DNA of 64,000 nucleotides from Alloascoidea hylecoeti. Lineage: Eukaryota. Positions 35,749 through 46,061 of this stretch are shown here, one piece after another. The stretch's first letter is position 1. Each line of letters begins with the position of its first letter. The position numbers were made by a program, and so were the translations under genes. The DNA is taken from the NCBI GenBank assembly GCA_001600815.1, contig BCKZ01000015.1, positions 124,001 to 188,000 on the forward strand. The letters run 5' to 3'. The notes beneath the pieces were generated by a model that saw only the letters and a list, made by a program, of their open reading frames with translations, searched no databases and had not been told where the DNA came from.

Positions 35749-38700
35749 ATGCCATCAAAACCTAAATACACAAGATCTTCATCCTCTAAATCCCTTTTAA
35801 CTTTGAAAGGAATTCTCCCAAAATCTGAGAAACAAAAAGGAGGTCAACATTCAAAGAAAAATTCGAAATCTAGTTCTTCTGGGTATCATACCGATTCAAG
35901 CGATGAGGAACAAGGAAGCACAAGCATCCCCAGGCCCCCAATTCATCGGCAAACTACGTTACCATCTTTCAATAAGTCACCTAGATTACAGGCGCAAGAA
36001 TTAAGAAGACGGGAAACCGACGAATTATTAATACACGAACACGATGATTCTAAGAATGACTCGGATCTTGAAAGTGCAAAAACCGTTTCGTCTGATGATT
36101 CAGACGAAGAAGCTGAAATGCCAATTATTAGTCCATCTGAACTGAAGCCCCCACTTCCAATTGCAAAATCATCAAATTCCAGCCTCGATCCACAACAGCA
36201 GTCTTTCGTTACAAGAAGCTTTAATTCGCCATCGCAGCCATTACCTCATGTTAGATCAGTATCACCTGTCATAACTAGGGTCCCAGCTTCAAATTATTCT
36301 GCTGGTATTAAAGCCGCTAGGTTTCCCAAATCTTCATCAACAGCAGGAAACCAAGTATATGATGGTGAAGCTACTAGTCCATCTATATCAATTACACCGG
36401 CACAGTCTCAACGGTCTTCTAGCGGTAGTATGAATATTACTGGAGAGCAATATAGTGATAGAAATGGGAAGAAGAAGGAATCCAATGATGTGGTCACATC
36501 TGCGGAATCACCACAATTAACGCTTTCTTCGCCAAATTTTAGACCCGTATATAATATGTCTCATTCCAATGGCCCAATTTCACAACCTTATGATTCAGAT
36601 ATAAGAAATAGTTTAACTTCAAATATTTTTGCAATGGGTAATATCGGTATGGGAGGTCTTGCACCTGGTGCAACAAGAGAAGTTCCTCAAATTCTTGAGG
36701 ATTCAGAAGGTCGATTACGATATTCAGGTAACGATTATCAAGATTTTCTACCACATCAAAGAAATAACGAATTTACAAACGAAATACCAATGCTTGATTT
36801 AAACCGAGATAAAGATAGGGGGAGACGAGTTATTCACAATCTAGAGGAACAGAATGAAGATAAATCGTCCAATTCTAAACCAAGTTATGAACATAAGGAT
36901 ACCGAATCTAAATCAATTCGACCAGAATTAAAAAAAAATTCAAGCTCTGGGAGTGGTACTAGTAGATCGAAGATAGGACGAAACAAAACAATAAGGGAGT
37001 TTTTCCAACGACAATCATCTGAGCCACCAGAAGATAAATTTGATGAATCACAAAGAGCTTTAGAACAGGAAGAACAGTTACAAAAAGAAGCAAGAGACAT
37101 TCTTTTTGGTCATACCAAGGGAAAAGGATCGACTGTTTCGACTTTACAATCAACACCAACAGAATCGTCTTTTACTGTCCCTAATCCTGATTATTATTAT
37201 ATCAGAGATGAAGGCGAAATTTATGAGAACAGAGAACTTAATGGGGGTATGGTAGAAGGCGATGATGATTCTTTTATGAATGATATAGAAGCACCAACTC
37301 GTGTTAAAGCAGGTGTATTAAGTAGCTTGTTAAAACTTTATCAAAATCCTGCTCTTGAAAGAAGTTCGGCCACTTTACTTAATTCTGGTCAAACATCGCC
37401 ATCCAGAAGTGGGGCTACAACTCCAAAATTGTTGCAGCCTGTTTCGGGTCTTGATTTAGGAAAATTAAAAAGAAAATTAGGGTCACATTCTAGAAATTCT
37501 TCATCACCTAATCTTGGAATTGGGGATTTAATAGTTTCTTCAACGAATGTAGCGGGTGGTACTAATAATAATAAAACCACCTCACCAAATAGTCATATCC
37601 CAAAATTTTCATCATCAAGACCGAAACCTACTAAAAGATCATCAGGTGGAATCAAACTGTCAAAACTGAAAAGAATGGAAGCAGAGGCACGAATTACTGT
37701 TCATATCGCAGATCTCTTACAACGACAAAGATTTATATTAAGAATATGCCGTGCTCTAATGATGTACGGTGCTCCAACACATAGATTAGAAGAGTACATG
37801 AAATTGACGTCTAGAGTTCTAGAAATTGATGGTCAGTATCTTTATATCCCAGGCTGTATGATTGTTTCATTTGGCGATCCTTCAACAAGAACTTCTGAAA
37901 TGCATCTTGTTAAATGTGATCAAGGTGTTAATCTCAGTAAATTATATGATGTTCACCAGATCTATAAATCCGTTGTACACGATAGAATGGGAGTTGAAGA
38001 AGCATCTACAAAAATTGACGCTATATTAGCCCAAGGACCTTTATATCCAGCATGGCTTTGTATCTTTATTTCGGGAATTGCATCAAGTATGGTAGCACCC
38101 TTTGCTTTTGGTGCCAGATGGTTAGATATGCCAATTTGTTTTGCTCTTGGAGGTTGTGTTGGATTCTTACAATTAATAGTTGCACCAAGATCAAGTTTAT
38201 ATTCTAATGTGTTTGAAGTATCTGCATCAATTGTTGTTAGTTTTCTTGGAAGGGCAATAGGATCTATTCACCATGGAAACAATAAAGAAATATTTTGTTT
38301 TGGAGCAGTTGTTCAGGGTTCTTTAGCTCTTATTTTACCTGGTTATACAATTTTATGTGGTTCACTAGAGCTTCAATCGAGAAATATCGTAGCTGGTGCT
38401 GTAAGAATGTTCTATGCAATAATTTATTCATTGTTTCTTGGATTTGGTATTACTTTAGGTGCTGCTTTATACGGTTGGATTGACAACAATGCAACTTCAA
38501 CTACTCAATGTAACAATCCATTAAGTCCATGGTTTAGATTTTTATTTGTGCCTGGATTCACCATTTGCCTAGCATTAATCAATCAAGCTAGAATAAGTCA
38601 GATACCTATTATGGTTTTCATTTCATCAGCAGGATATGTTGTTACATATTTCTCAGGTTTACATTTTACAAATGCATCTGAATTTACTTCTTCGATTGGT

Positions 38701-39027
38701 GCTTTTATAATTGGTGTTATTGGCAATGTTTATTCTAGAATTGGTCATGGATTAGCATTTGGAGCAATGTTACCTGCTATTTTCGTTCAGGTTCCTGGAG
38801 GTATTGCATCACAGGGTAGTTTATTAGCAGGAATTCAACATGCTGATCAGATTGTTTCGAATAGAACAAATGCAACTAGTGTTGATTCAAATAATTATGG
38901 TAGTGGTAGTGTTTCATTTGGTGTTGCGATGGTTGAAGTTAGTATTGGTATTTCGGTTGGACTGTTTGCTGCTGCTATTGCTGTTTATCCTTTAGGGAAG
39001 AAACGAACTGGACTATTTAGTTTTTAA
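35749..39027 (+). CDS. PRM10: Pheromone-regulated membrane protein 10 (ThrE/DUF1212 family)
   Basis: Long disordered N-terminus with GVLSSLLKLY, then ARITVHIADLLQRQRFILRICRALMMYGAPTHRLEEY and a multi-TM C-terminus ending GKKRTGLFSF. Confidence 0.92.
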   Translation: MPSKPKYTRSSSSKSLLTLKGILPKSEKQKGGQHSKKNSKSSSSGYHTDSSDEEQGSTSIPRPPIHRQTTLPSFNKSPRLQAQELRRRETDELLIHEHDDSKNDSDLESAKTVSSDDSDEEAEMPIISPSELKPPLPIAKSSNSSLDPQQQSFVTRSFNSPSQPLPHVRSVSPVITRVPASNYSAGIKAARFPKSSSTAGNQVYDGEATSPSISITPAQSQRSSSGSMNITGEQYSDRNGKKKESNDVVTSAESPQLTLSSPNFRPVYNMSHSNGPISQPYDSDIRNSLTSNIFAMGNIGMGGLAPGATREVPQILEDSEGRLRYSGNDYQDFLPHQRNNEFTNEIPMLDLNRDKDRGRRVIHNLEEQNEDKSSNSKPSYEHKDTESKSIRPELKKNSSSGSGTSRSKIGRNKTIREFFQRQSSEPPEDKFDESQRALEQEEQLQKEARDILFGHTKGKGSTVSTLQSTPTESSFTVPNPDYYYIRDEGEIYENRELNGGMVEGDDDSFMNDIEAPTRVKAGVLSSLLKLYQNPALERSSATLLNSGQTSPSRSGATTPKLLQPVSGLDLGKLKRKLGSHSRNSSSPNLGIGDLIVSSTNVAGGTNNNKTTSPNSHIPKFSSSRPKPTKRSSGGIKLSKLKRMEAEARITVHIADLLQRQRFILRICRALMMYGAPTHRLEEYMKLTSRVLEIDGQYLYIPGCMIVSFGDPSTRTSEMHLVKCDQGVNLSKLYDVHQIYKSVVHDRMGVEEASTKIDAILAQGPLYPAWLCIFISGIASSMVAPFAFGARWLDMPICFALGGCVGFLQLIVAPRSSLYSNVFEVSASIVVSFLGRAIGSIHHGNNKEIFCFGAVVQGSLALILPGYTILCGSLELQSRNIVAGAVRMFYAIIYSLFLGFGITLGAALYGWIDNNATSTTQCNNPLSPWFRFLFVPGFTICLALINQARISQIPIMVFISSAGYVVTYFSGLHFTNASEFTSSIGAFIIGVIGNVYSRIGHGLAFGAMLPAIFVQVPGGIASQGSLLAGIQHADQIVSNRTNATSVDSNNYGSGSVSFGVAMVEVSIGISVGLFAAAIAVYPLGKKRTGLFSF

Positions 39028-39621
39028 TTTTGGGATTAATAATCATATAGATGATACCTTATAATTACATTATGTATATATTTGGTTCAGTAGAAGAGAA
39101 ATATGAATATTTAGTTGTTTTTGTATTAATATTTACAGTACATTATAATTTATAATATTAAGAGATGTGGCTATAGATATTTCGAGAATATTTGAATCTT
39201 TTGTTCCATCTAGGGTAGATTGAAATATGTCTATTCGGATACATATTTAATTCAAACCTTTATTCATACTCGTATATGCATCTCACGATCCCGATTTGTT
39301 AAGATGGGCCTATTTTAATGTAGGAAATGCTTGAGAATTATTCTAGGCTAAACATTTGGAATCAATAGTTAATATATTTGTCAATATATTTATTAAAACT
39401 ATTAATCGAGCTATAGAAAACTAGCTATAGAAATCTATATGTTTTTTTAAAGACCTCGACATTCAAATATAATATTAATATCAAAACTAGTACGTACATG
39501 TTACATGTTAATTACAATCAAATCACGAGATTATACACATTATTATACTCCTTTTCATTATAATTAGTCAAAGATTTAAAAATTCATCTTAACTAATCAA
39601 ATTTAAATTCAAAAATATATA

Positions 39622-42162
39622 TTAAGTTTTTTGTTTCTTCTTATAATCAGCAAAACTTAGTTTTTTAACCATTTTGGCATTTCCATTTCCATTTGCACTA
39701 TTATTATTACCACTGACATTACCATTGGTGCTCTCATTCACTCCAGACGCAGGAGTTGTTGAACCTCCACCTTGTTGTGTATTTAAAGATGCAATACTAA
39801 CAATACTTGAATTCCTTGATAAACTAATTGAATTCGAAGCGGACACCAATGATGTAGTGCTTGTTGTTTTCGTTATTACATTAGGAATATGTGATAAAAT
39901 GCTTGATGAAGTATTAGGTGTGTGACTTTGTAATGGAGTCAACGGCGAAGTAGGGTTTGCAATTATTGATGTTTCAAAAGTGACTGTTGATGATGGTGTT
40001 GTGGTTTTTAAATCAAAATATACGGGATCACGTGTCATGGAAGGTAGGATATCAATTGGAATAGGTAAATCATTGTTAAGATCTTTATCTTGATTTTCAT
40101 TCATATTCAAGCCTTCGCTTTCGATTTCGATTTCATTTTCATTTTCATTATCGTTATCATTATCATCATCTTCATGTTCTGAATTTGTATTATAGTTAGC
40201 ATCTTCAATTAAATCGTACCCAGGTGGAGTATTAGAACCATTATTTATTCTTTTATTATCATATTTCTTTAATAATGATTCCCTAAATTTCTGTATAGGA
40301 GTTTTCAAATCTTGATTATTTGTAATTGAAACAAGATCTGAATTATTTTCTGAATCTGTCAGATTATATTTGGTAATCGTATCATTATTCTTAATTTTAT
40401 TATTATTAATAATATTATCATTTAAATCATCTGCATTGAATTTACCATTAGAATTATAAATAACATCATGATCTTCGTTATTATATATATCATGAGAGTT
40501 TTGTCTTGGAATTTCTAATTTAACAAATTTATATTTGTCTTCATGAACAATTTCTTCAATTGGTTTTTGTTTTCTTTTAAATCCATCTTTTCTTGCTATT
40601 ATCCAATTAATAGTAGAATTAGTATCATTATTTGTTTCAGATGAACTATTTTTCTTACTATTATTATTACTGTTATTTATAGTACCCGCCGTTTTTTGAA
40701 ACTTCTTAACAGATTTTGTAATAAATTTAGTAATTGCTTCAAACTTTGCTTTTGATTCGGAGTCAATATACCAATTCCAATTCCATTGTAAAATTTCAGT
40801 TAATGTCTCGAGTAATTTCACTTGAACTTTTATTGGTAAACGTTTAATAATATTATCCCAACTTCCTATAGTATCATCAATATTTGTGGTTAAGAATAAC
40901 CATATCGGATTATTTGGATGAAATTGCCATTTTAAAGTTAATGGTTCTAAAGGTGATATATATCGCGTTGCAAAAACACCAAATTGAATATTATTTTTTA
41001 GATCATTAGATGATGTTTTTATAGGTCGTATTACACAATTTGGTGAAATTGAAGATGTTATAAAACGAGATATTGAACCATGAATTCTAGCATCTATAAC
41101 AAGAAATTTTCCTGTAACATTAGGATTATCCAAACTTTGATTTGTCGGTATAGAAGTAACATGTGGTTTTAAACAGTGAATCAGATCATATTGATTTATT
41201 TTATTTGATATATATTCATCTAAAAATGAAATTTGACCACTATATATCGTTATAAATTGATCTTCTTGAATTTCTGTTGGACTATGTAATATAATATTTG
41301 GCTTCCCTGCATATTTAGCTTGTTGTTTACGAGGTTGTGTCGTATGTAACTGTTTTATTTTAAGAGGTATTGGATTTTCTTGTGAAGGTTTCTCTATTGG
41401 ATTCAAAAAAAGAGTTGATAATGGTGGGAATTTATAATTTTTTGATAGGGTATCATCATTACAATATTCAGCATAAAACCTAGCATTTTCATCAATAGAA
41501 ACCTTTTTATTATTCTCTACATTATTCGAGTTATTGTTATTGTTGTTGGAGTTTGAGTTTAGATTATTATTCGTATTATTATTATTATTAATGGCATCCG
41601 ATGGGTTACGCCTTTTTCTCCGCCGTTCTTGACCTTGTTGAGATGACTGTTGAGCCCGTGCTTGTGATTGAAGTCGTTTCCTATCTAGTTGTTTTCTTCG
41701 AGCCGTTTCAGAATCTAGTGCTCTTGGATTGCATTGTTCACAAAGATACACCTCCGGGGCATCTCTTACACTTCTTATACCCACACATACGGCATGTTCC
41801 CATCGATAACACTTCTCGCATTGAACTGTGAAGCCATCGTCATCGTCTACACCACAGATACACCGGATTATACCAGCGTCCTCAGGGAATATTTCGAAAG
41901 GTGTGACGGTAGTAGGAAGTTTTCGGGTACTTGTGAGAGGTGGGTTCGGAGTTTTGGTAAATATCCGAGGGTCTGGAAGGTCTGTGATTTCAGTATGTCG
42001 TTGTATTGGTGTTTGAGAAGGCTGTGGAGGGAGCTGAGGAATCTGTGTAATTTGTGCGATTGGAGGAGACACTTGAGGCATTTGCTGAGCCTGAGGAGGT
42101 ATAACAACAGACGTAGATAGCATCAGCAGAGCCGTCGCATCCTCTAACAGGTCTTTCTCCAT
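39622..42162 (-). CDS. SET3: PHD-finger plus degenerate SET-domain protein, Set3/Set4 family
   Basis: PHD IRCICGVDDDDGFTVQCEKCYRWEHAVC...YLCEQC; SET-like IDARIHGSISRFITSSISPNC lacking NHSC; C-terminal KKLSFADYKKK. ATG at 42162. Confidence 0.88.
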   Translation of the reverse strand: MEKDLLEDATALLMLSTSVVIPPQAQQMPQVSPPIAQITQIPQLPPQPSQTPIQRHTEITDLPDPRIFTKTPNPPLTSTRKLPTTVTPFEIFPEDAGIIRCICGVDDDDGFTVQCEKCYRWEHAVCVGIRSVRDAPEVYLCEQCNPRALDSETARRKQLDRKRLQSQARAQQSSQQGQERRRKRRNPSDAINNNNNTNNNLNSNSNNNNNNSNNVENNKKVSIDENARFYAEYCNDDTLSKNYKFPPLSTLFLNPIEKPSQENPIPLKIKQLHTTQPRKQQAKYAGKPNIILHSPTEIQEDQFITIYSGQISFLDEYISNKINQYDLIHCLKPHVTSIPTNQSLDNPNVTGKFLVIDARIHGSISRFITSSISPNCVIRPIKTSSNDLKNNIQFGVFATRYISPLEPLTLKWQFHPNNPIWLFLTTNIDDTIGSWDNIIKRLPIKVQVKLLETLTEILQWNWNWYIDSESKAKFEAITKFITKSVKKFQKTAGTINNSNNNSKKNSSSETNNDTNSTINWIIARKDGFKRKQKPIEEIVHEDKYKFVKLEIPRQNSHDIYNNEDHDVIYNSNGKFNADDLNDNIINNNKIKNNDTITKYNLTDSENNSDLVSITNNQDLKTPIQKFRESLLKKYDNKRINNGSNTPPGYDLIEDANYNTNSEHEDDDNDNDNENENEIEIESEGLNMNENQDKDLNNDLPIPIDILPSMTRDPVYFDLKTTTPSSTVTFETSIIANPTSPLTPLQSHTPNTSSSILSHIPNVITKTTSTTSLVSASNSISLSRNSSIVSIASLNTQQGGGSTTPASGVNESTNGNVSGNNNSANGNGNAKMVKKLSFADYKKKQKT

Positions 42163-42307
42163 TTTCGATATGAGTGTTTTTTGGAGGTTTTGTTTTTGGT
42201 GTTTGTTATAAGTTGTGTGTGTATGGATGTATAACACTCACAACGTGTGTGGCACAGCAAAACCAAATTTCAATTTTGATACTCCAAAAAATACTACAGA
42301 ATCAACC

Positions 42308-42679
42308 ATGGCCCATCGTATCATCTTTCAACTCATAATCACAGGCACACAGGCATTTGGAAGGGCCTTCACGGAGGCATACAAGCAGGCTGCCACTGTA
42401 TCCAAAGAAAGTGCAAAACAGGCTGCCAAAAATCCATCAAGAGCTGCAACAGCAGGAGGTATTGATTTAGGTGAAGCTATGAAAATCCTCAATGTCACAC
42501 CTGGGGAAATTACCCAGGAGGTCATACAGAAACGTTATGAATATCTATTCCATATAAACGATAAAGAAAAGGGAGGGAGTTTCTATATCCAATCCAAGGT
42601 TTACAGAGCTATGGAAAGAATAAAAGCAGAAATTGAGGCTAAAGAAGCAGATATTAAGCCTCCGCATCCTGAGACTTGA
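42308..42679 (+). CDS. PAM16: Mitochondrial import motor J-like subunit Pam16/Tim16
   Basis: [52 protein letters not shown]. Confidence 0.95.
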   Translation: MAHRIIFQLIITGTQAFGRAFTEAYKQAATVSKESAKQAAKNPSRAATAGGIDLGEAMKILNVTPGEITQEVIQKRYEYLFHINDKEKGGSFYIQSKVYRAMERIKAEIEAKEADIKPPHPET

Positions 42680-43484
42680 CCAATATAAAGAAATTCTGTA
42701 AATAGTCTAAAACATTATCATTGTCATTTTAAGATTCATTTTCGATATAATAGTAATATTTTCTCATTAAGCCCTAAATATTTCAAGCAATTGCTTGGTG
42801 AGTCATGCTACAATATTCACCGTGCTCCAATATACTCCTCATTATAAAAACAAAAAATTTCTCCCAGTTTTCCTTTTTCTTTTCTCCAAACATCAGTAGT
42901 GGTTATACTATCTTACAAGATATATAATTATTATTCAAGGAGCTTTAGCATATCATTTCAAAATTTTCAATTTGTATTGGATTGGAATGAATGCGTCAGT
43001 TGTTGGTCTCTTCTAGAAATTGAAAGTTTCAATAGGTTACCTTCCGTTCCCTGCTCCTTTGATTAACGTTTCAGTTAAGTTTGCGCATAGACTCTTGAGT
43101 ATCATCTTTTGGGATGATAAATTGATGGGCATTGTCATCAGGCTTACTGATACATACTTAATTATATTTGTATAATTAATAGTTTAATATTAATGTAGGA
43201 TTTTCAAAAATGATAGTAGATTCTTCAAGTGTGTCTGAACTCAATATTTGGGACGGCGTAATTGTATTTTATATTTCAAGATGAGTTTTACATTATACTA
43301 TAGTTATGATAATATTCGACATTATTATGAACTTCTTTTAATACTTGTAAGTGCCAAATTATTATGTAACTGAGGGTTATAATGGAGGAAAGAGTAATTC
43401 TCCTACTGGGCAAAATTTACATCACAATTGTATAGAAACACAAACGCCAAACTATAGATTTCATTATACATTTCATGTTTCAAC

Positions 43485-44054
43485 ATGTCGACAGAGACAC
43501 CCGAAGAACAGAATAAATTGGGCCCATCTCCTGAGATATTGGAAAATTCAGAAAATTTAGAAAATTCAGGACCCCCAAAAAACTCAGAAAGTTCAGAAAA
43601 TTCCAACGAACCACAAACAGAGGACACATCTAATACTATTGTCAAAACACTTGGGGAATCTCCAATTCCAGAAACCAATGATACACATTCAACAGACCCA
43701 GAAGCTATCAATGAAGGAGTAAAACAGCCCCGTCACACATTAGAACCATCTCCACTAGATGTAACTGAAGAACAAACAAAAGTTGAAGAGAAACAAAAAG
43801 AATTGAAACAAAAAGAATTGAAACCTAAATTAGACTCCGTTATACAACTAGAAACAAATATAAAAGGTACACAAAAAGAACTATTGGATGAAGCTATATC
43901 AAAACAAGAATATTTACTAACATTAGTTAATGCTATATCACAATCTAAATTGAATTATGAAAAACTGAGTCATGAAAATAAATATTTACAAGAATATATT
44001 GGAAATTTAATGTCTTCAAGTAATTTAATGAATAGTAAAGGAGGTAAACGATAA
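43485..44054 (+). CDS. SLO1: Short coiled-coil protein (SCOC/Slo1, DUF2205) with acidic disordered N-terminus
   Basis: The C-terminal coiled coil ending EKLSHENKYLQEYIGNLMSSS matches the SCOC/Slo1 signature. Confidence 0.72.
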   Translation: MSTETPEEQNKLGPSPEILENSENLENSGPPKNSESSENSNEPQTEDTSNTIVKTLGESPIPETNDTHSTDPEAINEGVKQPRHTLEPSPLDVTEEQTKVEEKQKELKQKELKPKLDSVIQLETNIKGTQKELLDEAISKQEYLLTLVNAISQSKLNYEKLSHENKYLQEYIGNLMSSSNLMNSKGGKR

Positions 44055-44316
44055 CAAGCTAAATATAAAATTAGGACTTTCAATTGAATGATTAGTGTTG
44101 TTTTATTGCTTTATATTCAGAACGACTTTAAATTTAAAGGGATTTTTTTTTTGTTGTATCATATTAATATCAATATTTTATTTATTTAATATGAAAAATA
44201 ATTTAAGTTAATAAAAATTATCATTTATTTATTTGCTTTTCGTTGTATATTTTTATACCACTTAAGTCCTACAGCGCTTATACCTTTTACTATCATCACA
44301 TTATTTTCCAACCAGA

Positions 44317-45721
44317 ATGAAATCGTTTCACAAAACCTCATTGGATTCTCAAAATCATAAATCGTACTTCAGAAATATCAAAAATAATGAGAATGAAAAT
44401 GAATATGAATATGAAAATAATGATGATGATGATGATGATGATGATTCTTTACAATTACATTTACAATCACAATCATTATCAAAATTTCTCTTGAATTCAA
44501 AAAGTCTCAATATCCTAAATAAAAATATTAGCAATAATCACATCAATAAGAATATTGAGGGGTATCTTAACGGTACTTATTATTTGTTTTTCATTATATT
44601 ATCTATTTACCTTGTTTTTATCTAATACTTAAGTTTTAGATCCACAACAGTTGATTACCCATATAGCTAATAATGATAATCTTAATAATCAATTGCAAAG
44701 CCAAAAATTATCATCATCTTTTGAAAATACAATTGGAAAAGTTCCGGATTCAAGACCAATATTATCAATCTTGCCAGTTCATAGATCACCGCTTCATATC
44801 GATAAGACTTGGAACAATTCAGTAGAACAAAAACAAAAGGAAAACCAAACATCAAATTTAAATTTTGCGAATGATACTAAAAGTTTCAAAAATGTTAAAC
44901 TCTCAACTGAAAATTTAGAATCAATTACAAATATAAATATCAATGAAAAAGATCGAGTAACTGCAACTACAAGAAATGAAGATATTACTTCTAACTATGT
45001 TAATTTCACGTCAGGATTTACAAGAAGAGATAGAACTTTTAGAGAATCAAAAACTTGGATTAAAAATCTATTCCATGAAATTGATACGGATCATGAGATT
45101 GATACTGAGTTAAGAATTACACCAACTTCAACATTTGGTTCTGAAAGATTATTGGATTCAAATAATTTCTTTAATAAAAATGATAGTTATAATTATAACC
45201 TTGATATTGATCGTGATACCCAGTCTAAACGAAAGAATTCAAATTCCGAAGGCGTAAGCCAAGAAAAATCAACAGTTATGAAAAATAACACCGATATGTT
45301 TGAAAATATAAACTTGGATGTTGAACGGGATTATCGAAAAGAAAATGAGTCAGAGATCAGAAGTGATAATAATATTGAAAAGCCATACTCTATTAGAATT
45401 TATAATGATTCTATTTTACAATTGAAAGATGATAATCATCATATTCCACCATATATGCATTTAATCAATGAACCTTTAATAATTGATATTACTAAACTTA
45501 TAAATCCAAATGTTATTGAAATTAATACAAGAGCATCACCATTTTTTGATGTTGATATTGCTGATGATATAATGGATTTACTAAATATTATGGAACATGA
45601 TGTTAATGATGCTGAAACTGCAGTTGATAATGAGAAAATGCATTGGAGAATTAGTTCATGGATTAAAAGACAATGGTCTAAATTAAATTCAAATATTTTT
45701 CATGATCAAAATTTAAACTAA
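44317..45721 (+). CDS. Uncharacterised Asn/Asp-rich protein; probable exons 44317-44572 and 44640-45721
   Basis: Two adjacent ORFs join in frame through a 67-nt intron (GTACTT...TCTAAT...TTTTAG, phase 1). No recognisable domain; the donor is weak. Confidence 0.6.
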
Positions 45722-46061
45722 TTAATATTCTTGCAATCGATATTATTTGGTCAAGTATAACGTTGCAAGGTTTTTATTAATTAATATTTGATCAAGTGAC
45801 ACGAATGCTGTTGTGTAATATCGGTCGGTTAACGTTACGTTTATAACTAACTTATCATATTAAATACTAATTTTTTCTATTATTTCATTCAAATTTATAA
45901 CCATCATATGATCATAAATAAAAACATTTATATCTTATATAAATAATATATTGTACACACTATTCCTACAGTATAATGCTGAGTATACATAATATATAAT
46001 AAACTTAATTAAATATTATAATTAAAAACAATTTGTTCATAAAAATAATTTAACTTTGAAT

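Noticed and set aside
43347..43434. Possible 5' UTR intron of SLO1 (GTAAGT...TATAG)
   Set aside because: No convincing branch point and no coding-frame constraint to test it; needs transcript data.
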